Origin: Paraspadella gotoi
Taxonomy: Eukaryota > Animalia > Chaetognatha
Direction of reading: 5' to 3'
Length of the DNA: 64,000 nucleotides
Assembly: GCA_051294375.1 (NCBI GenBank)
Contig: JBJCIZ010000239.1
Location: 7,109,973-7,173,972 of the forward strand
Below the pieces are notes generated by a model. It was not told the origin of the DNA. It saw only the letters and a list, made by a program, of their open reading frames with translations, and made no database searches. Made by a program: the position numbers and the translations under genes. Within the stretch, counting starts at the first letter, position 1. Each line of letters begins with the position of its first letter. This document shows positions 12,632 through 27,400 of this stretch, one piece after another.

Positions 12632-15600
12632 ATGGTAAACGAGCGATATTATATTAAAACCCCTACAAGCACTTCTTAAATGCCTATTATACTATGACGA
12701 CGACGACAAAGTAGGGAATTCACTCACGTCAATAAAGTCCAGAGAAACCTTGAACTCGATCAGAATTATATTTTTTGACAATGGCGATGATGACGACGAA
12801 AAAACCGGGACGACGACGATGATGACCATGACGACGATGAGAAGGACGACGACGACAACGACGACGACGACGCTGGCGCCGACCTTGAGAAAATGGCGAC
12901 TTCCATTCAGACAAAAAATNNNNNNNNNNNNNNNNNNNNNNNNNCGCGCCCAGGCTGCGGGGCGGGGGGAGAGAGAGATTATCCGGTGCCGTCACGCTCT
13001 CCCCCCGCGGCGAGCCGCGCGCGGCGTCGGGCGGTGTTGTTCGTGAGCGGGTGGTGCGCGGAGCGGCCCCCGGGCCGGGACTGGGCATCGCCGTGTCCAG
13101 GGCGTGTCGCTCGTCGCCGCTCCGCGAGCTGCCCGCCGCGGTCCGTGCGCCGCGCCGCCGCCCCGCCCGCGCGCGCGCGGGCGGTCGGCCGCGCCGCGGG
13201 GCCGTCTGTTTGTGCCGTTCCGTCTGGTGTCCAGGAGCAAGGACACAAGCGCGAAGTGGTGGCAAGGAGCAGATGAAGCGCTAAAGTCAGAAGTTATGGG
13301 CGAGAGCGGGGGAGCGAGGCGGGACGACGAGAGTGAAGGCGGACGGAGCGGAATGGAACGAGTGGACAATGGACGAGCGACAGAGGTGAGCGTAGGACGA
13401 GATAGCTAGACGACGGGAGTCGTGCAAGGTAGTGTTGCCGAGGTATAGTGTTATGTCGATTCATATGCTAGAAGAGTGGCTATGAAAGGAAGTGAGTAGG
13501 GAAGGAAGGGAGAGAGAGGAGAGAGAGAGGAGAGAGCAGAGAGAGAGGAGAGAGCAGAAGAAGAGAGAGAGAGAGAGTAGAGAGAGAGAGAGAGAGAGAG
13601 AGAGTGCGTTTGAGGTCGGCAGTGTCCTCGGAATGCCTGAGAGGCCTGCAAAAAAAAAATAAGAGGGAAAGAATTTTTTAGATATGAAGAATAAACTATA
13701 TCGGAAATATTGACGACGTCGTAGCTATTGTTTACGTCATTGTCGTCGTCATTGTCATTGTTATTGTCGTCGTCATTGTCGTCGTCGTCGTTGCATAATT
13801 TGATTTAGTCTCATTGTCTTGCACACTTCGAGCTTGTTTGCTCTGGAACCAGACCACGGACAAACAGACGGACGGACGGACGGACGGTCGGAGGGAGAGA
13901 CAGTGGAACGGATGCATGGACGGACGTACGAACAAACGGAGGGTCGGATTGCCGGTAGAATGGACGGACGGATAGATGGATGGACACAGGTACAGACGGA
14001 CGGACAGATGAAAATATATCAATATAGTTGGCTTATTTTGGTTTCCTTCCCTNNNNNNNNNNNNNNNNNNNNNNNNNNNNNNNNNNNNNNNNNNNNNNNN
14101 NNNNNNNNNNNNNNNNNNNNNNNNNNNNNNNNNNNNNNNNNNNNNNNNNNNNNNNNNNNNNNNNNNNNNNNNNNNNNNNNNNNNNNNNNNNNNNNNNNNN
14201 NNNNNNNNNNNNNNNGGGAGAGCATGCATTGTAGCTTTCTCATACCCCTCGCCATAATACAGTAACGGGTTCTGGACAATGTACATTGTACTTTGTACAT
14301 AGAACCAAGATCTCGGAGGTTTCTACGCCCACGGGCGTCGCCCCCCCCCCCGCTAGAACGACCTTCCTCACGCATCCCGCTGGTAAAGTTTTGTTTATGA
14401 TTAAATCGTTGGTCTTGTGGTCAAGAGATACAACAATAACGACAACAACAACGACAACGACAACGACAACAAATTAAGTTTGTTTTTGGGTTTAATAATT
14501 AAGTTAAAGGTTAAAGATACGTAGGGATTATGATAAGGGATTAGGGTAATGGATTAGGGTTAGGGATCAAAAGATTAAACTTTTGAAAAAAATATTTGGT
14601 TTAATCCTTTCTTTTCGTTGCCGTTTGGATTTTACGTTAAATACAAAAATCGTTGTTTTGTAACCAAAATAAAAACTTTGTTTTCTTGAAAAAATATTTA
14701 AATTAAGTTTAACGAATAAGAATTTAAACGGGGTGCTCTTGGAAAATAGAGCCGGCGACGTCTCCCTTTTCTTTTTTTCCTTTTATTTTTTTTATTCTAA
14801 TCCTTTTTCGCCCCCCTACGTTTAATTAGTTTTTGCTCACCGGGAGAGTGAGAGAGAGAGAGAGATGAGAGAGTAGAGCTGTCTCTTTCCGAGAGAAGAT
14901 GGAGAGAGAGAGCAGAGCAGACGCATTATGAGATGAGAGAGAGACTGAAAGAGAGAGAATTGAAATCGAATATAAGTATAGAGATGAGAAAGATTGAGAG
15001 ATAGAGCAGATAAAAGAAAAATTGGAAGAAAGTACTAAAAAGTAATTACTCAGAAAAGAAACGAGGAAAAAGTGAGTAAGAAAGTCAAGAAAAATGAAGA
15101 AAAAAACCAGAAGGAAAAAAAAAGAACTAAGTAATAACTCAAAGGACTGAGCAGATAGTAAAGAGAAGAAAAGGCAAGGATAAAAAAAGAAGAAAAAAAA
15201 GAAAGGAGAGAAATTCTAGTGAAAGCCGTCCTGTGTCTCTTCCTCACAATCTTCTAAATCCAATAAATCCATTTTTTCAATCTCAAGAAATTCATTTCGA
15301 TTCGACGAAAAAAATTTGAATCGAAAATAACAATAACAACCAACCGCTGCTGCGGCAGCCGCTGCTACGGTCGCCGGGCTTCAGCTTGCCTCCTGCCGCG
15401 GCCGATCGAATCCATCATCTATTCTTCGTTAATTAATTTGCGGACGTCGACCGGAGTCGCGCGTTGCAAGACGACCCAACGAGTTGGTCGACGTTGCTTT
15501 GACGTTCATTTGCATGGAGTCATCGTTTAATCGTTGATTTTTTTACCTTTGGAAGAATTACTTCGTTTTCTTATTTCCTTCACATTTTGTAAAATCACAA

Positions 15601-16837
15601 ATTTTTAACCAAAATTCTCGATTCATAAAAAAAAAATATAAAGAAAAAAAATAATTTATAAAATGAGAAAGACGAGGGCGAGAAAGCGTTGTACGGATAA
15701 CTGAGTGATGTTTTGTGGTAAAATCTGGGGAAGGCGAGGATATAAAATGAGTTGAAAAAGCTCTAAAAGAGAGTGATGCAGAATGAGAATAGAAGCCGAG
15801 AGACGATTTGAGGAAGTAGAAATCAAGCATAATATTAATTTGACAGCGACTAATACAAACAGGATTCATTTTTTGCAAAACTTTGAAAATCCTTCCGGAA
15901 TCCTTTATTTATTCTAACAAATTTCTTTAGGTCGCTCGAAGACTCTTTCTAACATAAATAAAATCTCTTCTCACTCTCTACTCTCTCTCTCCTCTTTCCT
16001 CTTACTCCTCAAAATCTCTCTCTCTCTCTCCGCGAACTTCTCCTTAAAACTCTAATCTCTTAACTTACCTATTTCTCTGACACGAGAGTATCAGAATCCC
16101 CGATGGAATGAAATGACGTGATGAGGCTTCGCGAGAGATCGAACCTTGATTTCATACGTTCATCCGCAGCGCTCTGATTCACTAGGACAGAATTATTATC
16201 TTAATGCGGATGCAAAATATTCGAGGCAAAAAAAACCACTTTTGCAATATGCTAGAATATTACCAACAATAATTGTATTAAATTTTATTACAAGTTGAGT
16301 TTTAAACGAAAATACTTCAAATGTTCCACAGAGTTCTAATAAAAATATTCCCTATCCAATCGGATTGATTACTGGTGAGCCTATATAAAATTAGGCAAAA
16401 AATTAATACTTTTGCTGCAAAACAATTTTTAAGCCTACTTTATAATTTGTGGTGCATTTGTTAGGAGGCGTTTTATTTGAACTAAAGCCTCGATTTTTGA
16501 CTTTATTTTTATAGTTTTAATAGAATGAGAAACACACTAAAGTTGAAAAATAAAAAAAACCGCCTCTTTTATTGAAAGGCGGAAGCGTTCAGAAGAGTTA
16601 ATTTTCTCTCAATCGACAGCTTTTTTGCGGAAAAAAATTTCCTGCTCTAGAAAAAAATTCTGACGATTATTTTTAAATCTGCTAGCGCAAACAAAGCATT
16701 CACACTTTGAATAAATCATAACGCTACCCAAAGATTTTCTTACAATACATTTGATGGATTTCCTTTCTTTTCGTGGTAAATAGATTTAGGTAAAACCCAA
16801 TTTTTTATTTTCACAACGAGTTTATTTATTAAAATTA

Positions 16838-16883
16838 ATCAACATGTTTTTTCGAACGTTGTCCGGTTCTTCGTGCAGTGCCA
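16838..16883 (-). ncRNA. Degraded mirror copy of the hammerhead motif at 28275-28318
   Basis: Minus strand reads GCACTGCACGAAGAACCGGACAACGTTCGAAAAAACATGTT, then AATAAA. Confidence 0.5.
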
Positions 16884-19800
16884 AATTTACATTTTGAATT
16901 ACAAAGTTTTTGCAGGATAGCATTTGAGAGAGAGAGAGTGGGGAGAGATGGACACAGAAGAGTGTGAGGGAGAGAAGAGAGAGATGATGAGATGTGAGAT
17001 GTACTGAGATGGCGTAGAGAGGGGAGGACAGAATGGGAATGTCATTGCAAAGAAAAGGAAAAGGCCGGGACCCCCGGGGTGTGAAGTTCAGAGGGGGTGA
17101 AGGTGGTGAGGATTGGAGGGACAGAGGAATGAGACTGGTGGCGGCACCGAGATTAAAGGACAGGGGAATACCGTCTTGGGAGAGAAGAGGACGTTAGAGC
17201 ATTTATAAATTATGCCATATAAATGTCGACGCGATGTATATGCAGCGCCACAGAGACAAAGGGCGGGAAGAGAAAAGCTGAGAACACTCAAGTAATGGTG
17301 TGGAACGAGCGACAGGATTATCATCACTCGCAGATCGGGCACTTGTTAGAGTAAGATTATAACTTTACATTTGAAACAATGTATAAGACCCAAAAATAAA
17401 TTTTAAACTAAATGATAGTAGGAGTAAATAAATTTAATAACAACTTAACTTGAATAATATGAGTTTAGTATTTTGGAAAAATGAAAAGGGAAATTTGAAG
17501 TTTGTGAAAAGAAAAAGAAAAAGAAAGAAGCTCAGAAGTGAGCTGCCCCCTCCCCCTTTAGGGCGATACAGATTGAGCGGTCAAGCTGGCAGATTGGAGC
17601 TGTCATCTGGGATGGTCATTTGGCTGCGGACTGGGTAGGTTGGAATGCGACCCTTATGTCGACGAGACCTGTCAATTCTGCGAGAGAGCTTGCCCTCTTC
17701 TCTCCTGCTGAGGAGGCGGGGCCTGGTCCCCTTCTTTCCTGCTGGCAGCTGCTCTTAGAACCCCGGCCATCTTCCAGCTGAAGCCGTCTTTTGTCGCCAG
17801 GATGCAGAAGAGTCAAATCCATTGTTTACAATTAAATTTTTAAAATTTTTATTACATCCAGTATTATATAAAAGCAAAAAAAAATAGGGAGTTTTGTAGA
17901 ATGAGAAAAAAGATAGAGAAGAGAGAGCTCTAGAGTGGCAAAAAAAAGTTGCAGGGAGAGAGAGAGAAAAGGAGGTGGATAGAAATGAATATATGGGGGA
18001 GAAGGGGAGGAACAGAACAATTAAGAGAGAAAGAAAAGTATAAGAAAGAGCGGAAGAAAAAGAATCAGAAGAGGAGAGAGAAAGACAGATGGATAGCAGA
18101 GGAAGGGAAATAAAGGTAAAGGAGAAAAGAAGGATGACACAGAGAAATATTGATGACAGAAAAGTTGGAGATAGGGGGAGAAAGGAACAGAGAGAAAGAG
18201 AGAGAAAAAAGAGAGAAGTCAGAGAGAAAAAATAGTGAAAAAAATGAAAAAAGTTTTAAAATATAGTGTGCCGTTTTTTTTGCCTACTAGCTTTAGTATA
18301 TCTTAAAAAACGCGGATAGATCTGACGAAAGCAATTGTAAATCTTTAGTTTTAGTTGTGCAATCTTAAAATAATTAGGGCAGATACCATGATTAGAATGA
18401 TTAACGTAAAAGAAATTATGGTCTTACCGTATTTTGAAAGCATAGTAAATTCACCCAGTGAGTTCTATGTTATAAGGAGAGATAACTATAGGCTTAACTT
18501 ATAGCCCAAACCCTTTTTTTTAATAAGCGCTGCCCTCATATTTATCAGTAGAGCAAAAATATAAATAATAGTATTTAAAAAATCCCGAATAGAAAATCAC
18601 TGCCCCTAGGACTAAGCTCTACGACAAAGGTTTTTTTTAATATATTCTTTTACCGCAAAGATAAGAATGATGCGCAAAGAGTGTAGTTAATATTAAGTTA
18701 TCAAAAAATCTGACCATAAATATAGAAAATATTAAGGAAAATTCTTCGCGAAAATCCACCCTTTCTTTGCGAAGTTCGCCATTATAGAAGATTTTTCCGA
18801 ATTCTGACTCCGGTTTGAAAAACTCTTAGAATTCCGATCGTTAGCTCTTCTTTTACTTTTACTTTAAATAAAAATTTCACCCAAAATGGACTAATTCCAC
18901 TTTCCATGATCGTATTCATATCAAAATAATCAAATAAATGTAAAGAAAAATCTTGAGAGCCCTTCAGACAACTTTGCCAAAAGGATTCTAAAATTGGACA
19001 TCATTTGTTGAACAGGAACATACCTTCAGCACGTTTATATTGTTTCAAAGAAAAAAAAATCCCTTTCATTTCTATGAAATCAGAGATAGAAATTTTTCCA
19101 TTCCAGAAGCAGTCTATTTGTCTCGGCTTGGTTGATATCAAGATGTTTGATGATTTGACAGCAGAAAAAAAAATGCGAGCCCTTTCAGTTGCAAACAGGA
19201 TCGGTAATCAAGAGTTTTACATCGATATTTTACCAGATTTTTTACCAGGAGCATTTAAATATATTGTTTGGAAGTCAGATTTGAACGAAAATACTAACCA
19301 TGAAAAAGTCTTCCTCGGATCTCTAAGAACGACGCAGACTCCTACTTATCCTCTCTCAAAGCACCTTTCCTTCGATCGAGCGGAGATCTTTATGGGAGGA
19401 CTCTTCGGCAACCCAAACCTGCGGCCTAATTATTTTTCAACGATTTTTTATTATTTTTTTTTTTTTGAATGGTTTACTTACTCTTTATTTCTTGGAAGGA
19501 TACCATTTTATTTTATTCGATTTTATTCGAGGCCCAGCGTTGATTCTTTAAATCAAACCTCACAACAAAATTCGTATATTCATTTTCATCGCCGATTATA
19601 TGATGACTTATAATTAAAGTAATAATCTTAAAGACATATTATTCCTTTTTTTAAATTTCTTCCGCCCGAATCGACTAAAACGATGTGCCGAGCTTAACCC
19701 ATCTTCCTTTCTAACCAAGGCCATTCATTTTCGAATAACCCCAGTTGCATTATTCAGCGAAAAAACGAACAAAAGAACAAAACAAAATAGAAATAAACAA

Positions 19801-20244
19801 ACAAGATGCGACGACGACGACCGGACGACAATGGCGACGACGCCGGGTAGAAACAACCATAACGACTCGAAGCTTGTTGAAATCGCGCGGCTTAATTATT
19901 GAACATAAGACATCGAAATGGATAATAAATAAACAATAAACTTGAAATGATTATAACGGATGTAGTAGATTGGATTGGTGGTTTACGTCAGTCGGTCATT
20001 CGGGATGGCGGGCCAGAAACGATCGCCGTCGACGTATTATGAGTCTTGGAACTAATTAATATTAGCAATTAAACATACGAGCACTAGTAGACCCAAACTT
20101 TGTCAATGGGTGGGTCTGAAGTTTGATTGAGAAACCTTCCCAAATGAAACTTCATACATTTCTGTATATATTATACTCTTTTAACTTACAATTGACCAAA
20201 AATTTTATAAAATGGACTAGATAGCACTAGTAGTATTAGTGTAA

Positions 20245-20280
20245 TACGAGCCAGGACACGGCGTTGCCGGGTCCTGACCT
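20245..20280 (-). mobile_element. Helitron-like 3' terminal hairpin (mirror at 25158-25190)
   Basis: Two-copy consensus CAGGACCCGGC-AAC-GCCGGGTCCTG followed by CTCG(T), resembling a Helitron hairpin plus CTRR end. Confidence 0.4.
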
Positions 20281-20949
20281 CTATTAATGTTATAGGAATT
20301 TATGCGCTTACGTTTGTGACGTAGTACGTCGTCGTCGTCGTCACGCTATTTTTGAAATAAAAACTATATCTCTTATAGGTTTTGGCTGGAACTCTACCGT
20401 TTTTTTTAAAATAAAAATTATTTATATATATAAAGTTTTTACAAAAGTGTGCGATCTATATAAGTTTAAAAATAGATATGGCTTCTCATCTTGAATATAT
20501 CTATATTTTTCTTATTACATTGGATTTAAGATTTTTAAATTTTCCTCACTTCATTCATATTTACTGCGCAAATTCAAATGAGATTATAGTACTCATTATA
20601 ATCATCCAATATATGTAAATAGAAATGCTTTAATCTAATTTACATATTGCAGTATATAATATGAGATCAAATCAACAAAAATTTATAATCTATAATAAAA
20701 TGGAACTCAAAAATACCTTTTTAATGAGAATATATATATTATAAATTAAATACTTAAATTATATTATAATAAAAATCTTTTACAAGCCATGATTGAAAAA
20801 ATTTGAAAAAAAATTTCCAAAATGGTAAACAATAGTGTAACTTCTCTTGCTTTCTTTTATTTCTTTAAATTGATGAATATATATATTTTTTTCATTTTTA
20901 TTAGAAAAATGAAATATATAATCGAATATGGTCAGAAGTACTATTTTTA

Positions 20950-22850
20950 ATAAGGCATCATTTGGCTTATGTCAAAGAAAAATTTAGTAGAAGAAGAAGA
21001 GAGGGAAAGGCTGAGGGGGGCAAAAGCTTATTATATATATATCCTCATTTGAGGACAAGGGAAACTAGTTTAGCTAATATTTAGTTAGAGGTGAGAAAAA
21101 TGATTATTTAATTGCGTAGTTTAATTTATGCATTAAAAGTATAAACAAGGTCAGCTTAGAAATGGGTTCAGAGGGCGTTCCTTTCATGTTGCTCATGAAA
21201 CATTATATATGGATATGTGTTTAGTAAAGGGGATATTGATGATTAATATTTCAAAATGAATTGTTTTAAAGTAGTGAGTATGAATTTAGGAGACTGAACT
21301 GACCAGCACAAAAAAATTAGGTGTGAAAGAATGATTTGAAAAGGAAAGATTTTAGCTCAGAAAGACAGGTGTTTTTCATAAGGGGAATGGTCCTCGTGGT
21401 AGTCGCCTGGGGCTTATTCCCTGTATAATTCGGAAATTCTGGTGCAATTGACTTCATGGAAGTGGATGATATTTATTTTTTCACGAGTTTGGAGAAGGCC
21501 GTGACGAGGTCAATGTCCAGAAGGAGCTGAATCGTCTTATATATAAGAAGGGTGATAGAGAGGAATGTCAAAAATTATAGACCTGTCAGTTTAGTAAATG
21601 CTTAGATTATAAAATATAAGTGGTTGTATTAATGCCAACGATTAGAGAGTTTAACACTGGATTGTGCATGAGGATTCAGGCAGCTACCAGGGCAGAAAAA
21701 TATCAGATATTTTGCAATGTAATACAGGATGTCATTAGATTATCTGTAGAATTATGAGGTTAGGAGGGCGCTGTTTGTTTTTTGGATCATTGATAAATGT
21801 GTTTCGATAGGATTGACCCACAGTGTATGTTTTAAAAACTTTAAAAAATTTGTATTTGGGTAGAAATTTGATTAGTTGGGTAAGGACAATTCTAAATAAG
21901 CATAACTAGTAGAATATTAGTTAATGCGGCATTGTCCTGATTGAGAGTAATTTGGTTAGCAGGGGATGAGATAGGGTGATTCTCCTTTCAATGACCCCTA
22001 TATAATTTTAGTGGCTGAGGTTTTTGCAAACTCCATAGGAAGGATAGAATGATAGAAGGTATTAAAATTAAAGGGGTTAGAGAAAAGTTAGGCGGTCTAT
22101 GTTGATGCACACTCTAGGGAGTTTTCTAGATGTTCAGAGCCAAGTCAAGTAGAGAGAGTTTATGGAAAAGGCAGTTCGTTAATGGAAAGTGCAGAGCAGG
22201 GTTCACAGGGTTAATAGGGGTTAAGTCAGTGGGGTTTTGGCTGAGGCGACTGAACGCCATATTTTTCCTTCTCTCCTTGATTGGAAGGATAAAGCTAAAA
22301 GATTATCTGTTGGTCTGGCCTGGAAAGACATTTGCAAAGTCTTAGTGTTAATGTGGGTAGGTCTCGATGTATATTTTGATAAATACGAAAAATATTTGCT
22401 GATGCTTTTTAAAGGTATCAAGCAAAGTTGACTCATTCGGAAAACTCGGCGTCGATTAGTCAACCTTAGGGAAGAGCAAAGGTTACTAATTAATTCTGAT
22501 TATTCTGCTTTATTGGTAACAAGAAACATGAAATTCGTTGACGCCTCCGTGCGGGAGATATTTAATGCTTTAGGAAAATGAAAGGATATATATATAGAAA
22601 AATTGGATTTTTTATGGTTAGAAAAGAGATTGCTAAGGATAGGCTGAGGGAATTTCTAATTGATAATTGGTGGAGCGCAATTAATTGGATATCAAGAGAT
22701 AAGGTTTAAGCACAGCAGAATAATGTGGATTAAAAGTTGTTAAGCATGCCGAGGGAATCTATATATGCTAGAGTATTTTAAGCAGATGAGCTTATGAGAG
22801 GACAAGCATGCGGCTTTTATGGATTGGATAGCCTTAGGGCAAAAGTAGCG
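20950..22850 (+). pseudogene. Non-LTR retrotransposon (L1/Tx1 clade) ORF2 fragment: linker plus reverse transcriptase, frameshifted
   Basis: Motifs readable across the two arms: KAxGARIxS..EQG, KSPGADGFPAEF, NYRPVSLVNxDYKI, a GxRQG..PLS..LY..VAE-like stretch and a YVD(D)-like stretch. Confidence 0.85.
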
Positions 22851-22855
22851 GGATA

Positions 22856-24480
22856 ACCATTTATAATAAGAATCCCTCAGCCTATCCTTAAGCCCAATCT
22901 CTTTTTTACCATTAAAAAATCCCAATTTCTACTTTCAGTTTCTAAAGCAATTAATATCTCCCCCGGAGGCGTCAACCAATTCTGTTTCTGTACCATTATA
23001 AGCAGAATACAGAAATTAATTAGTAACCTTTCTCTTCCTTAAGGTTGGACAATGGCCGAGTTTCCAGAGGGTCAACTTGACTTGATACCTTTATAAAAAC
23101 ATCAGCAAAATTTTCTTTTATCAAATCACCTCGACCCTACCCACATTTCCTAAGACCTTTTGCCATGTCTTTCCAGCCAGACCACAGAAATCTTTAGCTT
23201 TATCCTTCCAAGCCCTCACCACAACCCCACCTGACTACCCCTATTAACCCTTGACCCTGCTTGCACTTTCATAACGAACTGCCTTTTCCATAAACCTCTC
23301 TATTGATGCCTCTGACCCTAGAAAACTTAGAGGTATCCCCTGTCATCAACATTAGACCCCTACTTTTTCTCTCAAACCCCTTTAATTTTTACATACCTTC
23401 ATCATTCTATCCTTCCTAATTGCGAGTTGCAAAAACCTCAGCCACTTAAAATTATATAGGGTCATTTGAAGGAGAATCATCTCCTTTATCTCAAATCCCC
23501 TCTCAACCCAATATCTCATCAGACCAATGCCCCATTAACTAATATTCTACTATGTTATTCTTATATAGAAATGTCCTTACCCAACTAATCAATTTCTACC
23601 AAAACCAAATTTTTAAAAAGTTTTTTAAAACCATACTGTGGTTCACCCTATCGAAACATTTTCTCAAGATCAAAAAAAAACACAAAAAGCGCCTACCTAC
23701 CTCATGAATTCTTCCAATAATCTATTGACATCCTGTATTACATGCAAAATATCTGATATTATTTCTCCCTGGTAAGCCTGCCCTGATCCTCAATGCACCA
23801 ATCCAGGGTTAAAACCTCTAATCGTGCATTAATACAACCACTATATAATTTTATAACTTACATTTACTAAACTGACAGGTCTAATAATTTTTAGACATCC
23901 TCTCTATCACCCTTCTTATATATAAGACCGATCAAAGCTTCCTTCTGACATTTGACTCGTCACCCTTCCACTCTGAAAAATCCAACTTCAATCACTTCCA
24001 TGAAGTCAATTGCCACCAAACCCCAAAAAGCATTTCCGAATTCTGCAGGGAAACCATCAGCCCCAGGCGACTTACCGAAGGCCATTTCCCTTTAGACCTG
24101 TTCTACTTCTTTCCTTTGTCAATCATTCTTTCACACCTATCTTTTTTGCTGGTCAGTCAGTCTCCTATTTCACTCTACTATAAAAATTCATTTTGAATAT
24201 TATCATCAAATATCCCCTTTACTAAACATTCCTATATAATGTTCATGCAGCAACATTGAAGAACGCCCTCTGACCCTTTTTCCTAAAGCTGACCTTGTTT
24301 ATTCTTTTAATGCATTAAATTTTAAACTACCATTAAATATTCTCATATTTTCTCAAACCCTTACTAAAATAAGCTTAAACATCCCTTGCTCAAAAAATGA
24401 GAGTGCCGAACCTATCCTTGCCCCCCGGCAGCCTTCCTCTTCTTCTATCTACTAATTTTCTCTTGACATAAGCCATAATG
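22856..24480 (-). pseudogene. Inverted copy of the L1/Tx1 reverse transcriptase fragment
   Basis: Reverse complement of ~24038-24074 translates to KSPGADGFPAEF; colinear with 20950-22671. Confidence 0.85.
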
Positions 24481-27400
24481 ATCTTATATTAAAAATAGAT
24501 CCCTGACCATTTCAATTTCATTTTCTAAAAAGAAAAAAATGTTTATATATATATTTAAAGAAATAAAAGAAAAGGCAAAAAAATAAGTTACAATTTGTTT
24601 ACATTTGGAAATTTTCAAATTTTTTTCAATCATGCGCTGTAAAGATTTTATTTTATTTGTATTTTTATTTTTAAATTTCTTCATTTAAAAAGGGTATTTT
24701 TGAGTCCCATTTTTATTATAGATTAAAAATTTTGTTTTGAATTTCATCTTCAATATTATATACTGCAATATGTAAATTAGATTAAAGCATTTTTCTATAT
24801 ACTATTTGGAATTATAATGCAGTAGTACTATAATCTCATTTGCATTATTGGCAGGTAAATCATAATGAATGGAAATTTAAAACAAAAAATACTTAAAATC
24901 CAAAGTAATAAGAAAAAATATCAGCTATTTTCAAGATGAGAAGCCATATCTAAATTTTTAACTTACTTATGATCGCCACACTTTTGCTAAACTTATATAA
25001 TTTATAAATAATTTTTATTTTTTATAAAAAAAAACGCGTAAAAGTCCCAGCCAAACCTAAATAAAAAGCGTAGTTAGTTTTATTTAAAAATTAGCGTGAC
25101 GCCGGACCCGAGACGGACTACCGTCACAAAGAAGCAATCCTAAAACCATTATAGAGTCAGGACCCGGCCAAACGCCGGTCCTGAGCTCGATAATAATTAC
25201 TAGTGCTTCTAGCCATTTTAAAAATTTGGTCCATTGTAAGTTAAAGTTTCAGAAATTGTCATGAAGTTTCATTTGGAAAGGTCTCAAATCAAACTTCAGA
25301 CCCCACCCCATGACCAAATTTGTCTCTACTAGTTGGCTCGTTAATGTTTATTGGCTTAATAATTAATAGTTACCAAGACTCATAAAGCGACTGGCGAAAA
25401 CCGTTTCTAGGGCCGCCATCCGAATTGACCGACTGACCGTAACCACCATCCCAATCTACTACACCGTTATAATTTTCAAGTTTTATGTTTATTTATTATC
25501 CATTTCGATTCTTATGTTCATAATTTAAGCCCGCGCATTTCACAACTTCCGATCGTGTATGGTTGTTTTACCGGCGTCGCCGCCATTGTCGTCGTCGTCG
25601 TCGTCGCATCTGTGGTTTATTGTCTATTTGTTTTGTTCCTTTTGTCGTTTTTTCGCTGAATAATGCAACTGGGTTAATTCGAAGAAATGAATGGCTGGTG
25701 AAAGGAAGATGGTGTTAAGCTCGGCACATCGTTAGTCGATTCGGGCGGGAAAAAAGAAATTTATAAAAGAATAATTATGTTTTTAAGATATTACTTAATC
25801 TATAAGTATATATATGCGAGAAATGAATATACGAATTTGTTTGTTCTGAGGTTTGTTTGTAAAGAATCAGCTGGGGCTGCGAATTAAAATCGAATAAAAT
25901 AAATGTATCACTTCTCAAGAAATTAAAAGGATAATCAAAACCCTCAAAAAAAAAAAAAAATAAATAAAATCCGTTGCGAAAATAATTAGCCCGCAAGGTT
26001 TGGTTCCGAAAGAGCTCCATAAAGAATCTTCCGCTCGATCGAAGAAAGGTGCTTGGAGAGAGGATAAGTTAGGAGTTCTGCGTCGTTCTTAGAGATCGGA
26101 GGAAGACTTTTTTCAATGGAGATTTTTCGTTCAATCTACTTCCCAAACCCAATTATAATTATAATGCTTCCTGGTAAAAATCGGTTAAAACTACGATGTA
26201 AAAACTTCTTTGATTCCGATCCTGTTGGCAACTGAAGGCTCGCATTTTTTTTCTTCTTGTAAATTCATCAACATCTTGATATCAAACAAGCCAGACAAAA
26301 ATAGACTGGCTTTTCTGGATTGAAAAATTTTCTATCTCTGATTTTATGAGTAGAAATGAAAGGGCGATTTTTTTTCTTGAAAACAATTATTAAACGTGCC
26401 TGAGGGTATTGTTCCTGTTTCAAACAAATGATGTCCAATTTTTAGAATCCTTTGGCCAAAGTGTCTGAAGGCTCTCAAAATTTTTCTTTACATTTTTATT
26501 TATTATTTTTTTTGATATGCATATCGATTCATGGGAAAGTGGAATTAGTCCACATTTTGCGTTGAAATTTTTATTTAAAGTAAAAGTAAAATGAAGAGCT
26601 ATACGATCGGAATTCTAAGAGTTTTCACGGGAGTCAGATTCGGAAAAATCTTCTATATGGCGAAAATCTTCCCAAAGAAAGGGTGGATTTTCCGAAGATT
26701 TTCCTTAATATTTTCTATATTTTATGGTCAGATTTTTTTGAAACTTAATATTAACAATATTTGCCATCATTCTATCTGGCCGGTAAAAGGAATATATTAA
26801 AAAAAACTTTTGTTCGTCAGAGTTAGTTCCTTAGGGGCCAGTGATTTCTATTTCGGGGATTTAATAAACTATTATATTAATTTTTTTCTCACGATTAAAT
26901 ATAGCCACGTTTATTATAAAAAAAAAAGCTTGTTGGCATAGTTAGCCTAGTTATCTTCTCCTTATAAATAGAACTCACTGGTGAATTTCTATGCCTTTCA
27001 AAATACCGGGTAAGACATAATTCTTTTACAGTTATCATTCTAATTCATGGTATCTCCCTAATTATTTAGATGAAACTAAAACTAAGAATAAATTTGCTCC
27101 GTCAGATCTATCGCGTTTTTGTAGATATACTAAAGCTTAGGCAAAAAAACGGCACACTATATTTTAAATTTTTCATTTTTTTCACTATTTTTTTCTCCTT
27201 TGAACCTTCTCTCTTTCTCTCTATCTCTCTGTCTTTGCCCTCTTTCTCCCCACTTTTCTTGTTCATCATATTTCTCGTGTCATCCCTTCTTTTCTTCCTT
27301 TACCTTATTTCCCTTCCTCTCATCTCTGCTTTCTCTCCCTCTCTGCATCTTTTCTTCCCTCTTCTTATTCTTTCTTTTCTCTTAATTGTTTCCTCGTTCT

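Noticed and set aside
12945-13450. Very GC-rich overlapping ORFs (possible rDNA spacer or contaminant)
   Set aside because: It abuts a 25-N gap and has no recognisable rRNA or protein motif; likely a low-quality read end.
22672-22855. PacBio SMRTbell adapter at the palindrome centre
   Set aside because: The adapter sequence is not visible; the spacer looks like a continuation of LINE-like sequence.
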